This document shows positions 7,232 to 15,960 of a DNA stretch of 64,000 bases, piece after piece (position 1 is the stretch's first letter; every line of letters begins with the position of its first letter). Under the pieces are notes generated by a model. It was given only the letters and a program-made list of their open reading frames with translations. It ran no database searches and had not been told where the DNA came from. The DNA lies in IMG/VR virus record IMGVR_UViG_3300030333_001364, positions 1 through 64,000 of that record; one strand, given 5' to 3'. The DNA comes from a virus (Duplodnaviria; Caudoviricetes). Both the position numbers and the translations under genes were made by a program.

Positions 7232-7262
7232 GTATCAGATTATACAGTGTATAATTTGTTAC
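7232..7262. promoter_or_regulatory. Two further tandem GTA-N8-TAC palindromes
   Basis: GTATCAGATTATAC 7232-7245 and GTATAATTTGTTAC 7249-7262. Confidence 0.55.
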
Positions 7263-7430
7263 CTTTTTTATTTAATGTTAGCGTTGCCGATATTAATAAG
7301 TACCGTCTTTCTAACCTACAAACGTTTACCAACGAGCGAGGTACCGAGAAATCAAAATTTTTTTCCCGTACCAAAAACCCCCTATAGGTTTTAAAAAGCC
7401 TAGATACTCTGTATCGTTGCTCGGTATATT

Positions 7431-7937
7431 ATGATAACTTTTGATACAAGTCCCTTAGAGTACTATAGGGGAAAAGGCAAAGATCCCATACGTGGCAGTA
7501 CTAACAATGACACCTCTACATGGTCATTCATGTTAGTCAAGACAATTACATATGAAAGAGAAGAGCAATACCAGAGAGTAATCGACGCTTTAGATAATTT
7601 GACCAGAGAAAATTTTTCGAGTATAAAAGTGCCCTCCTTTGCTTTTTGTGCCGAGGGTATGAGTATTCAGTATCAGGTTCAGTATATCAAAGGAGGAAGT
7701 ATTATATCCAGAGAGGAATGGTATACTCTATATGATGAACTGGTTGAAAGAGATAGTGAATACAGTTTTACAGATTATAAAAGAAAGAACTTCATCAAGT
7801 ATCATGGTAACATCTATCCAGTAGATCTGAACAGTTATAGCAAGACACCGATTGAAGTCAGACGTACCCTGTGGAAAAGAGAAGAAAAGATGCCAAAGAC
7901 ATTATTCAATCAACAGGGAGAGAAGATATTCTACTAA
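7431..7937 (+). CDS. Protein-kinase-like (PKL) fold protein
   Basis: Ordered motifs VKT, KVP, YIKG, DYKRKN (DxxxxN catalytic loop) and PVDLN (DFG-equivalent). Confidence 0.55.
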   Translation: MITFDTSPLEYYRGKGKDPIRGSTNNDTSTWSFMLVKTITYEREEQYQRVIDALDNLTRENFSSIKVPSFAFCAEGMSIQYQVQYIKGGSIISREEWYTLYDELVERDSEYSFTDYKRKNFIKYHGNIYPVDLNSYSKTPIEVRRTLWKREEKMPKTLFNQQGEKIFY

Positions 7938-8143
7938 GGTTTGACAACAAAGTACTTGTGTAGTACTGCAACCTGTTCGTCGTACTTAGCAATGGTATTG
8001 AGTTCTTTCTCGATTGCATCTGTGATATCTGAATGTTCACCGATACCAGCAGGGTTGGATAGGTAGACTTCTACATTTGCTACATGCTTGGCAATGTCTC
8101 CTTTTGCATGATCGAGTAATGCGTTGACTAATTGATCTCTCAT
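7934..8143 (-). CDS. Conserved marine-phage hypothetical protein
   Basis: NVEVYLSNPAGIGEHSDI..AIEKEL motif. Confidence 0.8.
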   Translation of the reverse strand: MRDQLVNALLDHAKGDIAKHVANVEVYLSNPAGIGEHSDITDAIEKELNTIAKYDEQVAVLHKYFVVKP

Positions 8144-8235
8144 TGTGAATTACGTGCATCAAAGTACTTTTGCATTGTAGCACCATACCATATCAGTACG
8201 GATACTTCTGCGAGAATAATGAAAGGAATAATCAT
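8140..8235 (-). CDS. Small membrane peptide (31 aa)
   Basis: MIIPFIILAEVSVLIWYG..., ATGA-coupled on both sides. Confidence 0.5.
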   Translation of the reverse strand: MIIPFIILAEVSVLIWYGATMQKYFDARNSQ

Positions 8236-8642
8236 TTTGTATAAGCGTTGATAAGTGGGTTGTTTAGGATTGCAGGATCTGCAAGAGATGGTTCATAGTC
8301 TTCTGGTATATCGAAGTCGATGTAATTGAAGTCTCCTCTTCTCTTTAGGTCTTCCATTTCGATGAGAATGGTAGCAGTTGCACCAAGATCATCTACCGCT
8401 TGTGCCATACGTCTGAATCCTGTGCCCACGATGAATTGTCCCACGACAACTGCAAGTGTCGCAGTTCCCCAGAAATAATAGTAGAAGGAAGACTTGACTT
8501 GTGCCTTTGCTTTTGTATAAGCATTCGGTTTCAGATGAGCAGTACTCATCAATGGTTCTCCTGCTGCTTTTGCAGCATCACTTGCTGCTTTAAGATTCGC
8601 CAGAGATTGTATGTCAGATTGGAATCCTTTTTTGGACTTCAT
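8232..8642 (-). CDS. Single-pass membrane hypothetical protein
   Basis: Hydrophobic segment FYYYFWGTATLAVVVGQFIVG. Confidence 0.7.
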   Translation of the reverse strand: MKSKKGFQSDIQSLANLKAASDAAKAAGEPLMSTAHLKPNAYTKAKAQVKSSFYYYFWGTATLAVVVGQFIVGTGFRRMAQAVDDLGATATILIEMEDLKRRGDFNYIDFDIPEDYEPSLADPAILNNPLINAYTK

Positions 8643-8673
8643 TATAAAACTTGTGTCTCTCTATATTATAACA

Positions 8674-8835
8674 CTAATAGGAATGTTCTTCAACCCCTTC
8701 TTCGACTTCAAATGCTGAATAAGATATATCTTCTTTAAAATAAGATCTGTATATTCTTCCCCATATGATCTTAAACTCCCCTTCTGATAGATCTTTGAAG
8801 AGACATTCTCCTCGAAAGTAAATGTGGTAAATCAT
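8674..8835 (-). CDS. Small cyanophage protein (53 aa)
   Basis: MIYHIYFRGECLFKDLSEGEF..., translated by hand; ATGA-coupled. Confidence 0.7.
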   Translation of the reverse strand: MIYHIYFRGECLFKDLSEGEFKIIWGRIYRSYFKEDISYSAFEVEEGVEEHSY

Positions 8836-9044
8836 TCTTCTGGCGTTTCTGTAGGGTGTTTGAATACTAACAATTCCTCTCCGTACTTCACTCCCTCCAT
8901 TTCGGGATGTGGTGCCGGAAGTTTTGTCTTAGGTTTATTTACTTCTTTGAATACTTCTCCCATGCTCCGGAAAAAGAATGCAAACGTCATTCCTGCAAGT
9001 GCAAAGAATCCGAGTAGATATACTGTAATGAAAATGGTGTTCAT
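8832..9044 (-). CDS. Small membrane protein, DUF2973-like
   Basis: N-terminal TM helix plus a PHPEM...EELLVF motif. Confidence 0.65.
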   Translation of the reverse strand: MNTIFITVYLLGFFALAGMTFAFFFRSMGEVFKEVNKPKTKLPAPHPEMEGVKYGEELLVFKHPTETPEE

Positions 9045-9151
9045 TTCTTTTTGGTTCTATTTTCCCATGCTATGAATGCTTTATAACCTAAGTAACCTCG
9101 TGCCAAGTCCACTGCTACGAACGTTATACATCCGATCAGTATGACTTCCAT
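9041..9151 (-). CDS. Small membrane peptide (36 aa)
   Basis: MEVILIGCITFVAVDL..., coupled to both neighbours. Confidence 0.5.
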   Translation of the reverse strand: MEVILIGCITFVAVDLARGYLGYKAFIAWENRTKKK

Positions 9152-9648
9152 TACTGTATCAACTCTGGTAATGGATCTCCCTCGTCAGGCGGGAGCGTAC
9201 CTCTTCTCATCCGTAAGTCTCTCAACTCATCGAAGTCTTTCTTCTTTGTTCCACCATCATACGGCCATGCATAACCTTCACCGATCATTTCCTCATTGAG
9301 TGATACAGTAGCATCCCCAACATATAACCAACCAAGAAGCCGACCATACTTACCCACGCCACCTTTGAGTTCGGTTCTGATAATAAGTTCATCTTCTCCT
9401 TTTATAGTATCGTCAAGTTTCTTCTTCAACCAGTTAGTCGCATCTATACCCAGTGCCTTCTCTTCTAGATCTCTTGTCCTCTTCTCAGGAGTATCGACTC
9501 CGGCAACCCTCACTCTCTCCTTCTTCATCAAATCAAATCCCAAATCAATCGTCACATCTATAGTGTCGCCATCGACAACTCTGTTGACTTTGACTACACG
9601 AAAGTTATAACAACTCTTACGACTTGGTGGAACCATCACTCCCATCAT
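9151..9648 (-). CDS. Staphylococcal-nuclease (SNase/thermonuclease) family endonuclease
   Basis: VVDGDT, RVAGVDTPE and KYGRLLG motifs. Confidence 0.9.
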   Translation of the reverse strand: MMGVMVPPSRKSCYNFRVVKVNRVVDGDTIDVTIDLGFDLMKKERVRVAGVDTPEKRTRDLEEKALGIDATNWLKKKLDDTIKGEDELIIRTELKGGVGKYGRLLGWLYVGDATVSLNEEMIGEGYAWPYDGGTKKKDFDELRDLRMRRGTLPPDEGDPLPELIQ

Positions 9649-9745
9649 TCATCTCCTTATAAGCCATACTCAGTATATAGTAGATATACCAAGACACGAT
9701 TACGAGCAGAATTGCTATCATCCAGACGACTCCCCAGACTATCAC
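9617..9745 (-). CDS. Small membrane protein (42 aa)
   Basis: MIVWGVVWMIAILLVIVSWYIYYIL..., translated by hand; GTGA overlap. Confidence 0.55.
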   Translation of the reverse strand: MIVWGVVWMIAILLVIVSWYIYYILSMAYKEMNDGSDGSTKS

Positions 9746-10524
9746 AGCATCTTCTCCACAATCGGTTTCATGAATTTTACGATATCAATATTTCCCTGCT
9801 TTGTCGGATGGAATGAATGGGGGTTTACCATACCTTTTCTCTGTAGTAAATCAATCCGATGGCAGTCATCAAACCAATCTGAGAAATGGAACTTGTCTTT
9901 ATTACCTCTCCAACCATTTCTTCTTGCCAGAGTCGTACACATATCTTCTTCTAATGCAGGATTTGGTATGACACCAGTAGTATTCAGTGTCTCAAAGAAT
10001 GCATAGGGCACTCCGAGTGCATCAAAATAGTGCTGCCAATGAAGTATATTGTTTGTCAAGTCTCTCAGAAATACTTTTTCGTCAAAATGTTCCTTGAAAT
10101 AGGCAAAAGTATCGAATCCAGTCTTCTCCCTTTCTCTCAATCGGTTAGTAGGATCGTTTTTTGCTTGATTGAATGACACAGATGAGTAACTTTTGAGTCT
10201 ATTGAACCATAATTCATCACGATAGATGGATGTAATACCCCATAAGACAGCAGTATTTTCCCAATCTACCTCATTTTCTGCAAAATATTTGGTTGCACGA
10301 CGGAATTGTGACTGATTTGATGACCCACCCTTCGATATATTGATGTTTGTAAGGTTCAATTCATCACAAAGTTTGAGTCTCCAGCATGTATCGTCTACAA
10401 AATCTCCTTTTCCACCTTCTTTTTTGAATCTTGCCTTGTAAGTTGCCTTGTCGACAGGGTTTTCTGCATCATAATATGACCCAATACCAAAAACCCAACT
10501 GCATCCGAGTGTTATAAGGTTCAT
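9742..10524 (-). CDS. SGNH/GDSL-hydrolase-like protein
   Basis: GCSW (block I), NISKGGSSN (block II) and C-terminal HP. Confidence 0.7.
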   Translation of the reverse strand: MNLITLGCSWVFGIGSYYDAENPVDKATYKARFKKEGGKGDFVDDTCWRLKLCDELNLTNINISKGGSSNQSQFRRATKYFAENEVDWENTAVLWGITSIYRDELWFNRLKSYSSVSFNQAKNDPTNRLREREKTGFDTFAYFKEHFDEKVFLRDLTNNILHWQHYFDALGVPYAFFETLNTTGVIPNPALEEDMCTTLARRNGWRGNKDKFHFSDWFDDCHRIDLLQRKGMVNPHSFHPTKQGNIDIVKFMKPIVEKML

Positions 10525-11300
10525 ATTTTGATTACTTCGTCGAATAACTTTGCTATTCTAGCATGTGCTTCACGAGTTGGGTGGTATGAGTAAGGATTTA
10601 CTAATTCTTTCTTCTCTAAAAACTTCATTCTCCTACTATCATCGTTGTTGAACTGCGAAACATGGTACTCATCAGGGTCATAATTATCAAATTCAAGGTC
10701 TTCACATAGTATAGACATCAAATCTCTGTATTTTCTATCATTGAAGAGCATCCTATCTATAGGAATAGGGTAGTCATGATGGTTGAATGTGTCAAACCAG
10801 TAGTTTTCAATACCCATTCCTTCAAAAAAGAGGTTCCAATGCCTCATCTTATGTGAAAGTTCTTTGATTTTTTGCTTTTTATCGAAGTGCCACTCCAAAT
10901 GATGGTTGACATCAAACCTTTTATGCTTCATATTGACATCTCGATTCATTCCATGACCATATAATACGTTCTGATACCCCGATTTACCTTGATGGTTCTT
11001 TGTCAACCATATCTCATGCCTGAAAACTGAGGTGATACCCCATAATACTACGACTCTTTCTCTAGGTTTCTTCTTGAAGTAGGTGGTTGCTCTACGAAAC
11101 TGTCTATCATTACTACTACCCATCTGTGAAAAGTTGAGATTAGTACACTTCCACTTCTTTGTAAGCAATCCTCGGAAGGATAATTCATCACAGAGGATGT
11201 CATCATCATTTTTGTCCTTATATTCTTCTTCCTTCATGCCCTTCTTGTATGCCACACCGACACCACGAGTCCATGAACAACCTAATGTGACTAATAACAT
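10521..11300 (-). CDS. SGNH/GDSL-hydrolase-like protein (paralog)
   Basis: GCSW, NFSQMGSSN, LWGITS and YHPT motifs; clearly paralogous to the adjacent gene. Confidence 0.7.
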   Translation of the reverse strand: MLLVTLGCSWTRGVGVAYKKGMKEEEYKDKNDDDILCDELSFRGLLTKKWKCTNLNFSQMGSSNDRQFRRATTYFKKKPRERVVVLWGITSVFRHEIWLTKNHQGKSGYQNVLYGHGMNRDVNMKHKRFDVNHHLEWHFDKKQKIKELSHKMRHWNLFFEGMGIENYWFDTFNHHDYPIPIDRMLFNDRKYRDLMSILCEDLEFDNYDPDEYHVSQFNNDDSRRMKFLEKKELVNPYSYHPTREAHARIAKLFDEVIKI

Positions 11301-11394
11301 GGACAACTCATCATTATTTTGAAGGATCTCTGATATTTGTCCTTGAACAACTTACGAAACATGATCATTGTCATGATATGTGTCTGTTGGAATG

Positions 11395-12372
11395 CTATTT
11401 TTTCCATGATGAAGGTAGATACCCAAAGGTATTTTTGAAATCTGTGTAATATCTAGACATGTAGAGGTGAGCACTATGCAAATCCTGCTCTTCTAGGTCA
11501 TCTATATCACTTTCCCACTGATCTTGTAGGAATGGGAGGTGAGGAGCACGACTTCCCATGTTGGGAACGTAACAATTGTCATGAAGTTTTGTAATTTTAT
11601 ACGACAAAAAGTTACTTAGTGCTTCGAGTTGCTCTTTTTCTTGATTTTTATCCCACAAATCTTCCATTATGGTAACATAAGTATTATCTACACCGAATAC
11701 AGAGGCAAATTTACTGTATGCTCCGGAGAAATCACATAAAGAACTACAACAATCCTGTTTTAGAAGGTGAAAGAACAGTTGTTTGTGTTTTTTCTTGCGA
11801 ATTAGGAATCTAGTCTTCATATCTTCCTTATGTTCGACGGAATATTCAAATTTTTTGTTCAATAAACTACCAACTTCCGAAAAATAGCGTCTTACTGGGT
11901 CACGAAACTGAAAAGTGACCTTTACATTGAAGTGTTCTCGCAATTTAGGAGCAACTTCCGCCCAAAATTCGTATGGAAGTGCGTAATTTCCGTTTGTGAA
12001 GTCGCAAACTGCTGCATAAGTGTCTTTTACGGTCTCCCAATGACTCTTCCAGTAAGAAATGTAGTTTTCTATTGACGGAGGACTTGCCAAATACGGGTCT
12101 AGCGGAGTTTTAACCGCAAATTTGTTTTTTTGCGACAAGTATTGACCCCAAGGATGATTAGAAGGACGCTTATTGTATAAATTTTGACCAGAACAGTATA
12201 TTTCTTTGAAATGATCTTCGTATTTTGGATATTCGCATAATCTTTTGAGATACCAGTTCTCTTTCAGGTGTCCCATGTGTGCATATTTGTTATCAAGCGT
12301 CAAAGTATAGTGGAAGGGAGTGGTCGCTGCCCATCCGACGCCAGGATTCAATAATAATGTTGGTTTAGACAT
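11395..12372 (-). CDS. Sulfotransferase-fold protein
   Basis: N-terminal GVGWAATT loop, KE motif, FRDPVRR (3'-phosphate-binding-like). Confidence 0.7.
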   Translation of the reverse strand: MSKPTLLLNPGVGWAATTPFHYTLTLDNKYAHMGHLKENWYLKRLCEYPKYEDHFKEIYCSGQNLYNKRPSNHPWGQYLSQKNKFAVKTPLDPYLASPPSIENYISYWKSHWETVKDTYAAVCDFTNGNYALPYEFWAEVAPKLREHFNVKVTFQFRDPVRRYFSEVGSLLNKKFEYSVEHKEDMKTRFLIRKKKHKQLFFHLLKQDCCSSLCDFSGAYSKFASVFGVDNTYVTIMEDLWDKNQEKEQLEALSNFLSYKITKLHDNCYVPNMGSRAPHLPFLQDQWESDIDDLEEQDLHSAHLYMSRYYTDFKNTFGYLPSSWKK

Positions 12373-12397
12373 ATATACAGTAGTTATGGTGGAACAA

Positions 12398-12553
12398 ATG
12401 TCCTATGACGTCTACCTAGATAATGAGATTGTTTTTTCTGTACTTACTAGACAGCAAGCAGAAGAAAAACGTGACCAAATGCAGAAAATGATTATGGCAG
12501 GACTAAAAACTGATTATACTGCCGAGCAAATCTCGATAAAGTATCACTCGTAA
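12398..12553 (+). CDS. Small cyanophage protein (51 aa)
   Basis: MSYDVYLDNEIVF...; TAATG-coupled to the next gene. Confidence 0.6.
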   Translation: MSYDVYLDNEIVFSVLTRQQAEEKRDQMQKMIMAGLKTDYTAEQISIKYHS

Positions 12554-13446
12554 TGAAACCCACCCTATTTCTGAATGTTGGGACCGGATGGTCTGGTACA
12601 ACTCCATTATATTATACATTAGGGTGGTACAATAAGTATTGCCACAGTGGGCATCGTAAAGAGAAGGGATATTTGTGGTTGATGGACTTATCCGAGACCA
12701 GAAACACATTTGAGAGGGTCAAATTCTACAAACAGTTCTTCGGACCTTCAAAACAATCAACTACAAACCGAAAACCCAAGATATTCACACATGAGTCGAA
12801 ATATATTGGTGGAAACTGGACACCAGAGGAAATAAACTATTTTTGGAGTCCTCCATTTACGATAGAGAAGTATATTGAGTATTATATCAAGCATTGGGAC
12901 TTTATAAAACACGATTACAAGGCAGTGAGCGATTTTTCCAATCCTAACGGACAATGCTCTCCAGAATTCCTAAGAAAATATGCTCCTGCACTCAAATCCG
13001 TGTTTGACGTAAAAATTCACGTTGTCTTCCGTGATCCATTACGCAGATTGTGGAGTTTGCGTCAAAAACAAAATCCTAAAGACCCAGTTAGGCAATTTAT
13101 GAAGATGGGAGTCGATTTTGGGTATGTACAGTTCTTTCTAAAGTTTGTAGAAGCGTTTGGACTCGAAAATTGCCATATGACGATTATGGAGGAATTTTGG
13201 AATGGGGAAACGAAGGAATTATCGGATTTTATCGATTATGAGATAAAGGAAGTGCACCCAAACGCATATGTGCCCGATTTAGGTCCTAATGCTCCTAGAA
13301 TCCAATATTTGGACGATCAGTGGGAGTCTGATATCATGCATATGCCAAAAGAGGTAAAAGAGTACGGATTGAACATGTTGAAACCCGTCTATATACATTT
13401 CAAGGATTACTTCGGTGATCTTCCCGAACAGTGGAGTAAATTATGA
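12553..13446 (+). CDS. Sulfotransferase-fold protein
   Basis: GTGWSGTT, HSGHRKE, FRDPLRR and DQWESD motifs. Confidence 0.7.
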   Translation: MKPTLFLNVGTGWSGTTPLYYTLGWYNKYCHSGHRKEKGYLWLMDLSETRNTFERVKFYKQFFGPSKQSTTNRKPKIFTHESKYIGGNWTPEEINYFWSPPFTIEKYIEYYIKHWDFIKHDYKAVSDFSNPNGQCSPEFLRKYAPALKSVFDVKIHVVFRDPLRRLWSLRQKQNPKDPVRQFMKMGVDFGYVQFFLKFVEAFGLENCHMTIMEEFWNGETKELSDFIDYEIKEVHPNAYVPDLGPNAPRIQYLDDQWESDIMHMPKEVKEYGLNMLKPVYIHFKDYFGDLPEQWSKL

Positions 13447-13586
13447 TCTGGCCATTGAATAAAATCGCTACATGGTGGAAACTGAAGAAAATTAGAGAAG
13501 AAGACCCGTATATTTACGAAGATGACGAATATGACGCAATGTTGGACGAAGATAACGACTATGAGGATTTGAGTGAAGGAAGATGA
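13443..13586 (+). CDS. Small acidic protein preceding the carbamoyltransferase (47 aa)
   Basis: MIWPLNKIATWWKLKKIREEDPYIYE..., ATGA-coupled on both sides. Confidence 0.6.
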   Translation: MIWPLNKIATWWKLKKIREEDPYIYEDDEYDAMLDEDNDYEDLSEGR

Positions 13587-14962
13587 TTGGTTTCTCCGAA
13601 GGATTCCATGATAGTGCTGTTGCGTGTGTCAATGGCGGTGTAATTACCTATGCCACGCATGGAGAACGCTTTTCGAGAAAAAAGCACGACAAAAAGTTGT
13701 GTATAGAAGCTGCTGCGACTGCTCAAGCATTAAATATCTTTGATGACGTAATATCCTTCTATGAACGACCTCTACCCAAGAGAATCCGGCAATTTACCGC
13801 AGGACAGAAGGCATGGAGGCGAAATAGAGAATTATGCATGCAACCAACGTATTATTGCGAACATCACATGTCTCATGCTGCTGCTGCGTTTCAAACCAGC
13901 GTTTTTGAGGAAGCAGCATGTGTGGTGGTCGATAGTATCGGAGAATGGGACTGTAGTTCGATCTGGACTGCAAAAATGGTTGATGGTAAGGCAAAATACA
14001 AAAAAGTATGGAATATGCGATATCCCAAGTCAATTGGACTGTGGTATTCCGCATTGACGAAATGGGCGGGTCTGAGACCGTTAGATGAGGAATATATCTT
14101 CATGGGCATGGCAGCGTACGGAGAAGCGAAGTATATTGACGAAGTTTCCGCATTATTGCACCAAAACAACCATAAGGGCATAAAAGGGTTACATGGTGCT
14201 CCGCACGACATTGCAAAGAGTGCAGAAGTGGTTTTAGAGTATGAATTGAAGAAAATCTTTGAAATAGCACTAACTTACTCAAAAAACATCTGCTATGGCG
14301 GTGGAGTCGCTCTCAACTGCGTTGTAAACACCAAACTAAGGGAAATGTGCAATTTATGGATTATGCCGAATCCAGGCGATGCTGGAGGTGCCTTAGGAGC
14401 AGCATTGATCCCATATGGCGAAAAAGTGCAATTCTCGCCATTCTTAGGTTATAATATTCTTAGAAAACCAGATCCTAATGAAATCGTCGCAAAACTCCTC
14501 TCAGAAGGAATCGTGGGGGTTGCAAATGGCCGTAGTGAGTTTGGTCCTCGTGCTCTCGGTAATCGAAGTCTATTGGCGGATCCACGCAAAATTTCAACAA
14601 AACACCAAGTAAATGCGATAAAAAGGCGTCAGAAGTTCAGACCTTTCGCTCCTGCGATATTAGAAGAGTATTGTACGGATTATTTTGAAATGCCAGGACA
14701 TTCGAGATATATGTCGTATGTTTATCAATGTAAGCGTCCACACGACATTCCTGCGGTTCTACACGTCGATAATAGTGCTAGAGTACAAACTGTACCAGAA
14801 TCATCAGAATCCATCCTCAGGGAGATCCTAGAGGTGTGGTATGAGCATACAGGTTGTCCTGTGCTTTTGAATACGTCATTGAATATAAGAGGTATGCCTA
14901 TGGTAAATGACTTTTGTGACGCACTCAACTTCTCCGCAAAGTACCGCGTTGACGTATACTAA
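13583..14962 (+). CDS. CmcH/NodU/TobZ-family carbamoyltransferase
   Basis: HDSA, EHHMSHAA, GGVALN, GDAG, EFGPRALGNRS, FRPFAP and LNTSLN motifs. Confidence 0.92.
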   Translation: MIGFSEGFHDSAVACVNGGVITYATHGERFSRKKHDKKLCIEAAATAQALNIFDDVISFYERPLPKRIRQFTAGQKAWRRNRELCMQPTYYCEHHMSHAAAAFQTSVFEEAACVVVDSIGEWDCSSIWTAKMVDGKAKYKKVWNMRYPKSIGLWYSALTKWAGLRPLDEEYIFMGMAAYGEAKYIDEVSALLHQNNHKGIKGLHGAPHDIAKSAEVVLEYELKKIFEIALTYSKNICYGGGVALNCVVNTKLREMCNLWIMPNPGDAGGALGAALIPYGEKVQFSPFLGYNILRKPDPNEIVAKLLSEGIVGVANGRSEFGPRALGNRSLLADPRKISTKHQVNAIKRRQKFRPFAPAILEEYCTDYFEMPGHSRYMSYVYQCKRPHDIPAVLHVDNSARVQTVPESSESILREILEVWYEHTGCPVLLNTSLNIRGMPMVNDFCDALNFSAKYRVDVY

Positions 14963-14977
14963 ATAACGCAGTATAAT
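14949..14977 (+). promoter_or_regulatory. sigma70 promoter with a nested late promoter
   Basis: TTGACG-17 nt-TATAAT; CTAAATA at 14959-14965. Confidence 0.7.
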
Positions 14978-14997
14978 GAATTGAAAGATCTTTCGGA

Positions 14998-15765
14998 ATG
15001 GCAAAAGGATTCAAAGTGGTCACCACACCACCAGCAAAAAGTGGTAAAGCGGAAAAGTCTAATGAGTTTTCCATAGAAGCAGCAAGAGAGTTAGTCAAGG
15101 GCAAAACTTTCATATTCTGTTTACCTGGTAGAACTGTTTCATACGTCTATCTAAAAAACTTTGTACAGTTAGCATTTGAGATTGTACAGAAGGGCGGTAC
15201 TCTACAAATATCACAAGACTACTCATCTATGGTAAACTTTGCCAGATGTAAGTGTCTAGGAGCAAATGTTCTCAGAGGTCCTGATCAGTTACCATGGGAT
15301 GGTAAGTTGAAGTATGACTATCAGTTATGGATCGACAGTGACATCGTATTCGGTCTAGAACAGTTCTATAGACTTCTTTGGATGGATAAGGACATAGCGG
15401 GTGGTTGGTACGTCACAGAGGACGGAAACACCACATCCTGTGCACATTGGATGGAAGAAGAAGATTTCAAAGCAAATGGTGGTGTAATGAACCACGAGAT
15501 GTTAGATGGTATACAAAAGAGAAGAAAACCATTTACAGTTGACTATTCTGGATTTGGTTGGTTGCTAATCAAGCATGGTGTGTTTGAGAATGAAAAAATG
15601 AAGTATCCATGGTTTGCACCACAGATGCAAGTATTTGAATCTGGTGAAGTACAAGACATGTGTGGAGAAGATGTATCATTCTGTTTAGATGCACAGAAGG
15701 CAGGATACGAAATATGGGTAGATCCTAAATGTAGAGTCGGTCACGAGAAGAATAGAATAATCTAA
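14998..15765 (+). CDS. GT-A fold glycosyltransferase-like protein
   Basis: WIDSDIVF (DxD), GFGWLLI, GEDVSFC and VGHEK motifs. Confidence 0.75.
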   Translation: MAKGFKVVTTPPAKSGKAEKSNEFSIEAARELVKGKTFIFCLPGRTVSYVYLKNFVQLAFEIVQKGGTLQISQDYSSMVNFARCKCLGANVLRGPDQLPWDGKLKYDYQLWIDSDIVFGLEQFYRLLWMDKDIAGGWYVTEDGNTTSCAHWMEEEDFKANGGVMNHEMLDGIQKRRKPFTVDYSGFGWLLIKHGVFENEKMKYPWFAPQMQVFESGEVQDMCGEDVSFCLDAQKAGYEIWVDPKCRVGHEKNRII

Positions 15766-15798
15766 TTTTCTATATACGATTGAGTATGCAATATAGGA

Positions 15799-15960
15799 AT
15801 GGACGACAGATACGATATCTACGTCGACGGGGTCAAGACACATGAGAGCATATCCGAAGAAGAAATGGAAGAAGTCACTCAAGATTTGGCGGACGAATTC
15901 TACGAAAACGGTTGGCCACACCCCAAAGATGTAGAAGTAAGATACCTAGGACATGAATAG
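15799..15960 (+). CDS. Small acidic cyanophage protein (53 aa)
   Basis: MDDRYDIYVDGVKTHESISEEEM...DLADEFYENGWP, translated by hand. Confidence 0.7.
   Translation: MDDRYDIYVDGVKTHESISEEEMEEVTQDLADEFYENGWPHPKDVEVRYLGHE

Noticed and set aside
7119-7394. Track ORF of 91 aa
   Set aside because: TTG start inside a terminator-like hairpin; it spans palindromes and homopolymer tracts and is probably non-coding.
8400-11322. Plus-strand ORFs 8400, 8824, 9296, 9770 and 11083
   Set aside because: Antisense shadows of well-supported minus-strand genes.
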